From: a phage
Strand: one strand, 5' to 3'
DNA length: 64,000 bases
Assembly: GCA_025677605.1 (NCBI GenBank)
Contig: GCA_025677605.1_4110.1
The notes beneath the pieces were generated by a model. That model was not told the DNA's origin, made no database searches, and saw nothing but the letters and a program-made list of their open reading frames with translations. Positions within the stretch are counted from its first letter, which is position 1. Every line of letters starts with the position of its first letter. A program made the translations under genes and the position numbers. This document shows, piece after piece, positions 21,048 through 29,872 of the stretch.

Positions 21048-21444
21048 TTACGTAATCCTCATACTGTTCGTATACACGCATTATACTCTGATATGTCACA
21101 AAGTCAATACCAAAGGTATCATCAATGAACTGATATTGCATAAACTCTTCCTCGGTAGCACCAATAGGAAGTGTGCCGTTTCGTTGATCGTTTGATTGAA
21201 CATCTTCAATGTACATCAAACCTATACTTTCATCTAAAGTGATATCTATCATAAAAACATCTTCACTATAAAACATGTTATATGAACGGATGAAAAGATT
21301 ACCAGTTCTATCAAAACTTGATACATGTGTTTCAACGTAGGTTCTATCTAAACTAAAGAATAAACCAGTACCATCGGGTTTTCGTTGGTCTTTCAATTTA
21401 ATTTCGATAGCATCAAATATCGGTTTAATATTAAACTTTTTCAT
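21034..21444 (-). CDS. hypothetical protein, tandem paralogue B (about 136 aa)
   Basis: Paralogue of 20625-21047; ATG at 21444 overlaps the stop of the upstream gene (ATGA). Confidence 0.45.
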   Translation of the reverse strand: MKKFNIKPIFDAIEIKLKDQRKPDGTGLFFSLDRTYVETHVSSFDRTGNLFIRSYNMFYSEDVFMIDITLDESIGLMYIEDVQSNDQRNGTLPIGATEEEFMQYQFIDDTFGIDFVTYQSIMRVYEQYEDYVIGRY

Positions 21445-21629
21445 AAGCAAATCACATACTTATTACTATGTGGATCGTAACAGTAAGAGTCGTTCACCTT
21501 AATGCCAGGTTTGAGTTCCAGGGTTGTACCCATTTCAGTACTGGGTTCTGCATCAAAGTAAATCATCACACCAATGCCACCGAGTAAGGCTATGATACAT
21601 ATAACTGCACCTATTGTATATTCCATCAC
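21441..21629 (-). CDS. small membrane protein (62 aa)
   Basis: One predicted TM helix (IGAVICIIALLGGIGVMIYF); ORF in track. Confidence 0.4.
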   Translation of the reverse strand: MMEYTIGAVICIIALLGGIGVMIYFDAEPSTEMGTTLELKPGIKVNDSYCYDPHSNKYVICL

Positions 21630-21643
21630 TATACCTCTGTTAT

Positions 21644-21729
21644 AAAAAGTAATTATACATTTTATTGTACAATATAAAAAGGTCTTAAAAAGTAATTATA
21701 CATTTTATTGTACAATATAAAAAGGTCTT
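21644..21729. repeat. perfect 43-bp tandem direct repeat (2 copies), each with the 12-bp palindrome TATTGTACAATA
   Basis: Copy 1 at 21644-21686 and copy 2 at 21687-21729 are identical; the repeat overlaps the 3' end of CDS 21662-22075. Confidence 0.8.
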
Positions 21730-22075
21730 TCACATTATCATAAGTAATGTTAGATAGATCATAAATCAATGATAACTGAAAAAATGAAGCTTCGTCTATA
21801 TCTACTGGGATTATAACATCATCATCTTCTGCCATTTTATTATCGTAGTATTTTATGTGGTCTTCATTAAACTCAATAGAGATTGATACTGCGTTGGATT
21901 TCATATCTTCAATTAATCCAATCAAATTAGATTTATCATTAATAAAAAATCCAATTCCAACCCTACGGTCCTCTGGATATGGATAGTACCATCTATTAAA
22001 TACTAGACTATCTGGTAAATCAACATCATGTGTTGATACGAGAGATTTTACAATTTCCATCCAAGCATAATTCAT
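21662..22075 (-). CDS. hypothetical protein (137 aa; C-terminus encoded by the tandem repeat)
   Basis: ORF in track; the last approximately 22 codons lie inside the duplicated 43-bp unit. Confidence 0.4.
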   Translation of the reverse strand: MNYAWMEIVKSLVSTHDVDLPDSLVFNRWYYPYPEDRRVGIGFFINDKSNLIGLIEDMKSNAVSISIEFNEDHIKYYDNKMAEDDDVIIPVDIDEASFFQLSLIYDLSNITYDNVKDLFILYNKMYNYFLRPFYIVQ

Positions 22076-22089
22076 AATTAAAACTCCAT

Positions 22090-22117
22090 AAGAAAAGGGA
22101 CAGAATTAATCTGTCCC
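22090..22117 (-). terminator. putative terminator hairpin after hpf
   Basis: 7-bp perfect stem GGGACAG/CTGTCCC with 7-nt loop directly after the HPF stop; the U-run is short. Confidence 0.35.
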
Positions 22118-22126
22118 TTTATTATA

Positions 22127-22459
22127 TTACTCTTCTTCGTCAGTTACATCAACTACAACTGGACGGTCTGGATGGTTTCGGCGGTGCAATTTAATGCTTT
22201 TGTCTTTACTGAATACAGTTTCCATTTTTTCGAATGAATCGACAATCGCCTTGTATAAATCTGCATCATCGGCAGTAACAGACTTACCACCTGATGTTAA
22301 AGTTACTGCGTACTGTGTCTTATGCTCTTTTTTCACATGAACACCAATATTCAGTACTGAAGAATCACTAAATTTATTTAGAGTGTTTGCTTCTTGATGA
22401 ATTGCGTCATGGATTGCTGGAGTAATATCAACATTACCTTGAATAACTAGATTTAGCAT
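22127..22459 (-). CDS. hpf: ribosome hibernation promoting factor (HPF/YfiA/RaiA family)
   Basis: 110 aa; N-terminus MLNLVIQGNVDITPAI and the DLYKAIVD core align with the bacterial HPF pattern as recalled; RBS AAGGAAGG. Confidence 0.75.
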   Translation of the reverse strand: MLNLVIQGNVDITPAIHDAIHQEANTLNKFSDSSVLNIGVHVKKEHKTQYAVTLTSGGKSVTADDADLYKAIVDSFEKMETVFSKDKSIKLHRRNHPDRPVVVDVTDEEE

Positions 22460-22473
22460 ACTTCACCTTCCTT

Positions 22474-23400
22474 TTAGATTGAGCTTAACAAAGTATCCGC
22501 TCTGTTTGTTACTTGCCTATACCATAAGGAATTTTTGATTTCTCTTTTAAACTTCTTATGATTTTCAGCTTCAGCACTTCTCCATAGTTTATTAAATGAG
22601 GCCAACTTATCAACACCCATCGTGTAAGCCATGTCAAAGAGAATACGTTGTTGGTCTTTTGTAAGATTTACTGCATTTTTTTTCTTCATTAGAGTTGTAA
22701 AGTCATTATATGTCCTTTTCAAATCTTGAAGTAATAGTTTATGTGCTTGTGCGTTGGTAATACCGTTTCTGTACTTAATTGCATCAGATTCTTTCTTACC
22801 TAAGTAATGTCCATAACCTATTGTATAATTACCTTTCATATCCTTATAAGGATGAAATTTTGAATTGTAGAAAGGAACTCCAACTTTTCCCCCAAGTAAA
22901 CGTCTTTTGTTCTTGGACTGAAATTCAATTGAACCTTCAGCTTCTTTGATGTGTGCTACTATTTCAGGATCATTATAATCGAAAAGTACTACCACATCAG
23001 GTAACAGTACGTCTTTCAAATCCTCTTTTGTTGGGATAAAGATACCCTGCGATGTATGAAGTTTAGCATTAAGATTGATATTCTTCAATACTGTAACGTA
23101 ATCTTCAAACAACACATTATGCGGTTTAAACTTCTTAGCTATCGAATGATAACTATCACCGTATTCAACAGTATAATGTTTCTCGCTGCCTGGAACTACT
23201 TTAGGTGTATACCCTTTAGGTAATTCCTGCTTTTGAATTTGTGTAACTTGCGGTTTTAAATTGTGCACCTGACTTTCGCCCGATGATGATGCACGATCAT
23301 GTTGAGAAAAACCATAAAATCCAAACGCAGCGATGATAACAAGTGAAACTAATAAGCCTATAGCTGTCTTAGTTTTAGGTGTTTGTATCGCTATTGTCAA
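22474..23400 (-). CDS. membrane-anchored lysozyme (T4-type GH24 fold) with LysM-like segment
   Basis: N-terminal TM/signal-anchor (LLVSLVIIAAFGFYGF), LysM-like YTVEYGDSYHSIAKKF, lysozyme motif NYTIGYGHYL; strong RBS AAGGAGG before a TTG start at 23400. Confidence 0.7.
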   Translation of the reverse strand: MTIAIQTPKTKTAIGLLVSLVIIAAFGFYGFSQHDRASSSGESQVHNLKPQVTQIQKQELPKGYTPKVVPGSEKHYTVEYGDSYHSIAKKFKPHNVLFEDYVTVLKNINLNAKLHTSQGIFIPTKEDLKDVLLPDVVVLFDYNDPEIVAHIKEAEGSIEFQSKNKRRLLGGKVGVPFYNSKFHPYKDMKGNYTIGYGHYLGKKESDAIKYRNGITNAQAHKLLLQDLKRTYNDFTTLMKKKNAVNLTKDQQRILFDMAYTMGVDKLASFNKLWRSAEAENHKKFKREIKNSLWYRQVTNRADTLLSSI

Positions 23401-23647
23401 AAACGCCTCCTTTGTTTGCGTGTTATGATGAGCAATTACAAAGAGGGCTTATGAGGCCATTTGCAAAAGCCTCATCGGACTTTCTACAATACTTTCAGTA
23501 CTGAAAAGGTAACTTTCATTCTGTACATGTAAGTAGTATAGCATCTTTCAATTTCATATCAAGTAAAATCTTGATATTTCTTTTGGTTATAATTATGGGT
23601 ATATTAATACCCATTTTATTTAGCCAATTGTATGACAAACCTATAGG

Positions 23648-24058
23648 TTAGTCGTAGTACGTTCTCCCTACTGTGAGGTGATAACGTAAGTACTTTGATT
23701 GTAATCCTAGTTCATTGCGAATGTGTCCAATGAATTCATCATCGAACTCTATGATAAAGAACGAGCCTGGTTTCTTTTTATCTTTCACTTGAACAATATC
23801 AGGATTGAATTTTATTTTAATTTTTTGACCATCGTACTTTTTCCAGTACTCTGGATTTGGTGGCACTTCACCTCGAACAATACTGACGTGTGCTCCCCAT
23901 TGTGGGTCTTTAACATCAATGTGTAGATCAGTTCTGATGAAGTACTGGTAGTATCTAACCAACTGTAATGGAAGTTGCAGTACTAACCAGAAGTCCTTCT
24001 TCTTTTTCATAGTGCCACGGTCTGGATCATACACCAGAGTTCCTTCCATTTCAATCAT
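23648..24058 (-). CDS. 2H phosphoesterase superfamily protein (LigT/cyclic phosphodiesterase-like)
   Basis: Two H-x-S/T-x motifs (HVSIV near residue 57, HLTVG near residue 127) at the spacing typical of the 2H fold; 136 aa. Confidence 0.5.
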   Translation of the reverse strand: MIEMEGTLVYDPDRGTMKKKKDFWLVLQLPLQLVRYYQYFIRTDLHIDVKDPQWGAHVSIVRGEVPPNPEYWKKYDGQKIKIKFNPDIVQVKDKKKPGSFFIIEFDDEFIGHIRNELGLQSKYLRYHLTVGRTYYD

Positions 24059-24065
24059 ATTTTAC

Positions 24066-24269
24066 CTATAAATGTACATATATGTTTTTATTTTCAATAC
24101 GAACATATGTTTCCAAAACATCTTTTGGAATTTTATTACTTGTTTTGTACCATGTAGTATTATCTACTAAAACAAAAGTTTCACCGTCAGTTTCACCAAA
24201 TGTACTCAATGCATAAATGAAGTAATTTGGTGCTGCACTACAATAGATATCAGCATTAATTTCAATCAT
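24066..24269 (-). CDS. hypothetical protein (67 aa)
   Basis: ORF in track. Confidence 0.35.
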   Translation of the reverse strand: MIEINADIYCSAAPNYFIYALSTFGETDGETFVLVDNTTWYKTSNKIPKDVLETYVRIENKNIYVHL

Positions 24270-24272
24270 ATT

Positions 24273-24407
24273 TTACACCACTACAAAGCTTAACACAACT
24301 AATGTAATAAACACACCGACAATGGCGGTCATTTCTGGATTTGCATCATAAGTGTAGCGAATACACTTAACAAAATCCGATCCAAATTTCTTTAATCCTT
24401 TCATCAT
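24273..24407 (-). CDS. small membrane protein (44 aa)
   Basis: Unlisted ORF: ATGATG at 24407 with AAGGAAAAA RBS; hydrophobic C-terminal helix. Confidence 0.3.
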   Translation of the reverse strand: MMKGLKKFGSDFVKCIRYTYDANPEMTAIVGVFITLVVLSFVVV

Positions 24408-24456
24408 TTTTTTCCTTTTTTAACATCAAACATAAAGACTTCTACGTATACCACGG

Positions 24457-24843
24457 TCAATTCCCCAAATCTGATAAGATATCTAAGATTATATCATGAA
24501 TTTCGAAATCTGTGTAAGAAAAGTTTCGTGTGAGCTTATCATTAACTTCATCAATGGACAACATTTGATATCCGACTAGTACACCCTGAACACGACTGCG
24601 TTTAACTCTTGAGTACAGGTAAGAAGGTACTGAAATACGAGTCCCAAGAAATGTAGTACCTTCCCCATATAACTCTACTGTATATCGGTTCTTACTTTTG
24701 TTTCTTACATTAACATAGCATTGTGGATAACGTCTAGGTGTAATACTTTCATACAACATAGATGCAAAACTATCTTTAGAATTATAATACTTTTTGACGA
24801 TCTCAGTAAATCGTTTAGTATGTCTTTTTTTCCATCTCATCAT
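24457..24843 (-). CDS. hypothetical protein (128 aa)
   Basis: ORF in track. Confidence 0.4.
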   Translation of the reverse strand: MMRWKKRHTKRFTEIVKKYYNSKDSFASMLYESITPRRYPQCYVNVRNKSKNRYTVELYGEGTTFLGTRISVPSYLYSRVKRSRVQGVLVGYQMLSIDEVNDKLTRNFSYTDFEIHDIILDILSDLGN

Positions 24844-25301
24844 TTAGATCCTATAAAAACTAATGGAAAATATATCTCATCATAAGTTGAGAGTGATTTA
24901 CATTTCTGAATCATCTCATAATGGATAATTTCAGATTCAATATTAGGATATGGAACAGGTGTAGGTGTGGATGGTTGTAATGCATAAAATGTATCTAATC
25001 TATTATATTCACCCATTGGTGTATTACTCCCATCTGGATATCTAACTTCGATCATAACCTGACAATTCGTTGTGTCATCCCACACATAAAATAACTCTTG
25101 TGCTACGCATTGGACTGAATAATTACCATCAAATGCACTAAACATCGCACCGTCATAGTATCGGAATTGAGGATTTGTATATCCAAGAATTTCAGCTAAT
25201 ATATTAGCTTTGTGTTCATAAAAATCCATTTTCAATAGATTAGTATCTTTACAAACATCAACCAAACGATACAAGCATTGCAATATTTCACGATTAATCA
25301 T
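24840..25301 (-). CDS. hypothetical protein (153 aa)
   Basis: ORF in track; 4-bp overlap with the downstream gene. Confidence 0.4.
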   Translation of the reverse strand: MINREILQCLYRLVDVCKDTNLLKMDFYEHKANILAEILGYTNPQFRYYDGAMFSAFDGNYSVQCVAQELFYVWDDTTNCQVMIEVRYPDGSNTPMGEYNRLDTFYALQPSTPTPVPYPNIESEIIHYEMIQKCKSLSTYDEIYFPLVFIGSK

Positions 25302-25347
25302 AATATTACCTTAAAAATATTCCCCACATAGTGAGGAATATAAAGTT

Positions 25348-25581
25348 TTAGTCATCTTTATCAAGCAACTCTTGCAATTCTTCACGATATGTGAAATACG
25401 AGATGATGATAAGTAGAACGACAATTGCAGTAATTACAATCCATACTGGTACAAAATGTAATACTAATGCGAACATCAATATTACTAAAATGCTCATTGC
25501 AGTACTGAATAGTAGTTTCACTGTATCAACAAAACCATCCAACAAGCGTACTGCAATATTTTTAAGTAGTTTATCAACCAT
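25348..25581 (-). CDS. small membrane protein with two TM helices and charged C-terminus (holin-like topology)
   Basis: 77 aa; two hydrophobic helices then EELQELLDKDD tail; overlaps the tdk stop by 8 nt. Confidence 0.4.
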   Translation of the reverse strand: MVDKLLKNIAVRLLDGFVDTVKLLFSTAMSILVILMFALVLHFVPVWIVITAIVVLLIIISYFTYREELQELLDKDD

Positions 25582-26158
25582 TTTTATTCCTCATATAGTT
25601 TTTATAACATTTTCTACACAGGCTCTTATATGATTCATCACCACCAATAAACACTTTATCAGTACTATCTACGATGCGAGCATTCATTATGGCATTTCTT
25701 CCGCACTTTTGATTTTCACATACGTTCTTTAATTCATGGATCTCATCTGCTATTTCAAATAACCTTTGAGAACCTTCAAATGTATTTGATTCAAAATCGG
25801 TTTTAATACCATAACAATATACATCAACCATATGCTCATCAGCAATATCGGCTAATAAATCAATTTGTTTTCGATTTAAAAACTGACATTCATCAACGTA
25901 GATACTATTATAATCATTGTCAACCTGTAATAGTTTTATTACGTCATGAATAACGCTTAGGTCATCTTTTGGAATAACTTGAGCTTCAGATTCTATACCG
26001 ATTCTCGATGTTATTTTACCAGTACCATAACGATCATCTAATGCACTCGTTAAGTAGATGACTTTCATCCCGTTCTTCTTGTGGTTATATGCGTTCTGTA
26101 AAAGATGTGTACTCTTTCCTGATGACATACTCCCACTAAAGAAAATAAGTTTACCCAT
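25574..26158 (-). CDS. tdk: thymidine kinase
   Basis: P-loop GSMSSGKST, C-terminal zinc-ribbon cysteines (CENQKC...CRKC); ATG at 26158 with AAGGA RBS. Confidence 0.85.
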   Translation of the reverse strand: MGKLIFFSGSMSSGKSTHLLQNAYNHKKNGMKVIYLTSALDDRYGTGKITSRIGIESEAQVIPKDDLSVIHDVIKLLQVDNDYNSIYVDECQFLNRKQIDLLADIADEHMVDVYCYGIKTDFESNTFEGSQRLFEIADEIHELKNVCENQKCGRNAIMNARIVDSTDKVFIGGDESYKSLCRKCYKNYMRNKNG

Positions 26159-26335
26159 AACCAATCCTTAGTTTATAAACTTGTTTCTGTTGTACTAATT
26201 ACACTACCTCCGTATAGTAATTTTACAGTAATGCGTTTATGTGGTGAAGTACTACCATCACTATTCCACAGTTCTACATCTTCTGATTCTATTTCTACAC
26301 TAAGATTATTTCGAATTAGTAATTCTATATCTGTT

Positions 26336-26671
26336 TCATCCATTTTTAATTCTCAAAAAAGTATGTTTACATTTTACTCTTTGTCCGTAATAAGAAACAC
26401 CTTCATTGAACATTTCAATCTTACCTTCTTTAAGAAGACGTAAGATATCAGGGTCATTCTTCGTTTGAACACAATGTTTTCCATTAACCTGTAATTCTGC
26501 ACCGCTTTTCAGAATTTCATAAATCAATTTGCGGCGTTTCCCGCCATAAGGTGCATCACGCACTGTATCAAGTAATACCTTACATTCAGGCTTTAAATCT
26601 CGGTGTAGTTTTCCATCTTTCGAAACGTATGTTTCAAAAGCATTATAGTTCTTACTACCTCTAAGTGCCAT
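26336..26671 (-). CDS. hypothetical protein (111 aa)
   Basis: ORF in track. Confidence 0.4.
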   Translation of the reverse strand: MALRGSKNYNAFETYVSKDGKLHRDLKPECKVLLDTVRDAPYGGKRRKLIYEILKSGAELQVNGKHCVQTKNDPDILRLLKEGKIEMFNEGVSYYGQRVKCKHTFLRIKNG

Positions 26672-27158
26672 AATTTTTCACCATATCAGGATACTTTTCC
26701 ATTAGTTCAGTAAGACGTTTACGTTCTTGTTCTTCAAGTAAGCTATTAGAATATAGTGTTTTTAACTTTATACCTAATACATTTTCTTCGTTTTTAATTC
26801 GCTCACAGAAAACATAATTTTTTGAGAATTTCTTACTTTCTGATAACATTATATCACCAACATCGAAAATGTACTTTTCTTCTTCAGTACTGAATTCTGG
26901 TGCTTCAGCAACTATATAGATATCTTCAGAATATTGTGGGTACGTACTAAAAACTTTACCATTATACAAGGCAGTGATTGCAATATCAGCAAATACATTC
27001 GTTGGTTCAGAACGTACACGGTAATGTTCAGTTCGTACAATCTCTTTAATGGTATCAATCGCATCTGATGTACTATGTGCGTAATCAAAACTCATTATAC
27101 CATCAGTTGCACAATCAGATTCACCATATGAACTACGCAATAATATAATTGTATACAT
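26661..27158 (-). CDS. hypothetical protein (165 aa)
   Basis: ORF in track. Confidence 0.4.
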   Translation of the reverse strand: MYTIILLRSSYGESDCATDGIMSFDYAHSTSDAIDTIKEIVRTEHYRVRSEPTNVFADIAITALYNGKVFSTYPQYSEDIYIVAEAPEFSTEEEKYIFDVGDIMLSESKKFSKNYVFCERIKNEENVLGIKLKTLYSNSLLEEQERKRLTELMEKYPDMVKNYGT

Positions 27159-27165
27159 AAAACCT

Positions 27166-27447
27166 CTACATTGCTGGTACTGTACTCAACATTAGAAGTA
27201 CTGCATTTTCATCAAGGGACTCTGCTGAATCCATAATTACAGAGTTAAACAAATCAGAATCATACTCAAATGCTTCGTAGTCTGTGTCATTAGGGATAAG
27301 CTGGTACGTATAGACGATATCGAATGTATCATCGTCAGTGGTTTTCTTGAAATGCTTTAAATCATTTACATTTTCAAGGATTGCATATTCTTCAAAGCCT
27401 TTAGTACCATCATTCATCAACATCCATGCTACGCCAACAATTTTCAT
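27166..27447 (-). CDS. hypothetical protein (93 aa)
   Basis: ORF in track. Confidence 0.4.
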   Translation of the reverse strand: MKIVGVAWMLMNDGTKGFEEYAILENVNDLKHFKKTTDDDTFDIVYTYQLIPNDTDYEAFEYDSDLFNSVIMDSAESLDENAVLLMLSTVPAM

Positions 27448-27462
27448 ATATTTGAATCCTTA

Positions 27463-28032
27463 TTATTTGTTTACAAAGAAATTACGTGCTTCTTCAAAGG
27501 TCATTGAAGTATATACTGGATTCCACGCATCGTCAACAGAAGTCAGTACTTTAACTTCCATTACATCTTGTGGTGTATAGAATTGCCATGTATTGTGATC
27601 TGGCTCATAGTTAGGGTCCAGAACAAAAACTGTTCCATCCTGACCATAAACTTGACCATCCTCGAATAGCTCACGGAAGAAGTCTTCCCCAGTAGTTGGG
27701 TCTTCGTATGCATTATAAAAACGAAAAACAACATTCTCAACATCAGTTCTGGTAGTACCATCGTCTTCATCATATTCTACCAAACGGTCCTGATGAAATA
27801 CGAGGTCAATAGCACCAATGCGAGGTTTATTATGTGGAGTTTTGATTTCTTGCTGGGAATTGAAATCAACACGTTCAGTACTGATGAATACACCACTTGG
27901 AGTAATTTCAATACCAGTGACATTTTCAGCAGAATAGTAAACCTCACACATATCATCAATGTGCATGTGCTCATGATACACTTCCATTTCAGGATTCTGC
28001 ATCAACAGTGCTGCTAAGTCTTTTGCTTTCAA
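27463..28032 (-). CDS. hypothetical protein (189 aa)
   Basis: ORF in track. Confidence 0.4.
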   Translation of the reverse strand: MKAKDLAALLMQNPEMEVYHEHMHIDDMCEVYYSAENVTGIEITPSGVFISTERVDFNSQQEIKTPHNKPRIGAIDLVFHQDRLVEYDEDDGTTRTDVENVVFRFYNAYEDPTTGEDFFRELFEDGQVYGQDGTVFVLDPNYEPDHNTWQFYTPQDVMEVKVLTSVDDAWNPVYTSMTFEEARNFFVNK

Positions 28033-28421
28033 TCTTCAATCTCCATAGAATTATCATCATCATAATCGTCACTTGTGTACTTAGTTTTTACCTCAATACC
28101 ATTCTCGTGAAGGTATGTGATAAAACCATTACCATAAACGAATTGATTATAGTAAATGTTTTCTTCCACATGAGTGTCATATTCATCTTCATAATATGTG
28201 GGCATTGTAACATCATGCCCTGCACTTTGCAAGTACTGGAACAACTCTTTCAGTACTACTTCAATATCACCTTCTTCTGTACCATAACAATACGCAGGTT
28301 CACCATGTGTGAATTTGAATCCTTTACAGGAAACTGTAAAAATATCACTCATACACATACCACAGTCATCACATTCATGAATTGAGCAATGCTGATGGAA
28401 TTTAATTTTTTTGATTTGCAT
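28029..28421 (-). CDS. hypothetical cysteine/histidine-rich protein (130 aa)
   Basis: ORF in track; N-terminal HQHCSIHECDDCGMC cluster suggests metal binding. Confidence 0.4.
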   Translation of the reverse strand: MQIKKIKFHQHCSIHECDDCGMCMSDIFTVSCKGFKFTHGEPAYCYGTEEGDIEVVLKELFQYLQSAGHDVTMPTYYEDEYDTHVEENIYYNQFVYGNGFITYLHENGIEVKTKYTSDDYDDDNSMEIED

Positions 28422-28755
28422 TCAGGAAATCACCGATTTCAGTAGTTGACATTGGACTATCAGCACCATCATACCATAAAGATACATAAGGCTTAATAGA
28501 AGAAGTATCAATGCAAAGACCTTCTCGTTCACATTTAGTACTGAATTCTGTACTGTCACTTGGTTCTCCAATGAGAATATCAAACTCGTACATTGTAACA
28601 TCTTTATCAGTACTGTACACTAGCATACCATCATAAGAAATATGAAGGTTTACATCTGCTTGAAACAGACGGTCAGTGATAGATTCCCAATCTTCTCGTG
28701 GTACTGGATCTACTAAACGTGCAATAAGACCTGCTGTTATGCGATAATCACTCAT
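28402..28755 (-). CDS. hypothetical protein (about 117 aa)
   Basis: ORF in track; ATG at 28755 with GAGG RBS; terminator upstream. Confidence 0.4.
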   Translation of the reverse strand: MSDYRITAGLIARLVDPVPREDWESITDRLFQADVNLHISYDGMLVYSTDKDVTMYEFDILIGEPSDSTEFSTKCEREGLCIDTSSIKPYVSLWYDGADSPMSTTEIGDFLNANQKN

Positions 28756-28775
28756 AGTCAACCTCTTTTTTATAG

Positions 28776-28806
28776 TAAAAGAAAAGGAGAGTCAAAATGA
28801 CTCTCC
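28776..28806 (-). terminator. rho-independent terminator
   Basis: Perfect 9-bp stem GGAGAGTCA/TGACTCTCC with AAA loop, followed on the minus strand by UUUUCUUUU; 10 nt after the stop at 28816. Confidence 0.6.
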
Positions 28807-28815
28807 ATGTTTATA

Positions 28816-29277
28816 TTATTCAAGATACTTAAGTTTATATAAAGTACCCTCAATGAAACTCATTATATCTTCAAGGGTATTAGTACTGCCATAGTCTTCA
28901 GCTTCTTCAAGCATAGCATGAACGTACTTACATTGTTCACAGTATTCTTCAAGAATCGGAATACACTGTTCAATTGGTGTGAACTTATAACTGTGTCCAG
29001 TACCAATTTGTAAAGCACCACGAGTGTTCATAATTCCTTCAATGAACGCATCGACATATTCTGGTAACTCTTTATACAACTCATCTAATTGTAGATGTTT
29101 TGTGTAGTGTTTACTTTGTAAATGCCAGCTATGTGCAATTGCTGGTAGTATAATGCTGTTTTCAATAAATGTCAATAGTACTTCATCATAAGCACTGTCT
29201 TCTTCAGTACAGCCAATGAAGTCCATAACATGTCGCAAGTCGTTAATATTTTCCATAAAATCTCTCCAGGGAGTCAT
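28816..29277 (-). CDS. hypothetical protein (153 aa)
   Basis: ORF in track. Confidence 0.4.
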   Translation of the reverse strand: MTPWRDFMENINDLRHVMDFIGCTEEDSAYDEVLLTFIENSIILPAIAHSWHLQSKHYTKHLQLDELYKELPEYVDAFIEGIMNTRGALQIGTGHSYKFTPIEQCIPILEEYCEQCKYVHAMLEEAEDYGSTNTLEDIMSFIEGTLYKLKYLE

Positions 29278-29288
29278 TCTATGTCTAT

Positions 29289-29705
29289 TTATTTGATCAG
29301 AAATGTAAATTCGGGATTCATATCTCTTATTACTGAATTACGTCTTCTATCCCATACAACTTTACTAAAATACTCGGAGTCATCACATACTATCAGTATA
29401 CAATTCCTAAGAGAACTCGTTGTGTAAGTACTTAAATCATTTTCTGTAATGAAATGAACATTCCTGTTGACTTGTACTGGATAATCTCGTTTAAAAAACA
29501 AAACTACTATAGGTCTTTCAGTACTCAATGCATTAATAAATTCAATTACACTATCATAGATTTCAGTACGGATATTATTAGTTTTTATTGTACTTATGTA
29601 ATTCTGTTTAATTCCGTACTCTTCATTGATTTGATACTCAAAAAACTTTTTAAACAATTCTTTGGTTAAATCAGATGAATTTTTAATATTCGTTGCGTTA
29701 CTCAT
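29289..29705 (-). CDS. hypothetical protein (138 aa)
   Basis: ORF in track. Confidence 0.4.
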   Translation of the reverse strand: MSNATNIKNSSDLTKELFKKFFEYQINEEYGIKQNYISTIKTNNIRTEIYDSVIEFINALSTERPIVVLFFKRDYPVQVNRNVHFITENDLSTYTTSSLRNCILIVCDDSEYFSKVVWDRRRNSVIRDMNPEFTFLIK

Positions 29706-29846
29706 TCACTTCGTTCTCTCGTAACTCAAGAATTCGTTTCGTTATCTACGATAACTCACTCATTCATATTAATTAATATTGTATTGTACTTTTAAAGATT
29801 GACGGGATTTGTTGAGGACATTTTCATCCCCCCGCAGGGGAATGAT

Positions 29847-29872
29847 ATTAAAAAAGAACCAATGAAGGTTCT
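29847..29872 (-). terminator. rho-independent terminator
   Basis: Minus-strand hairpin AGAACC-UUCAUU-GGUUCU followed by UUUUUU. Confidence 0.45.

Noticed and set aside
22112-22126. GGGACA/TATAAT-like boxes downstream of hpf as a promoter
   Set aside because: The two boxes are in the wrong relative order for a minus-strand promoter; the TGTCCC is the 3' arm of a terminator hairpin.
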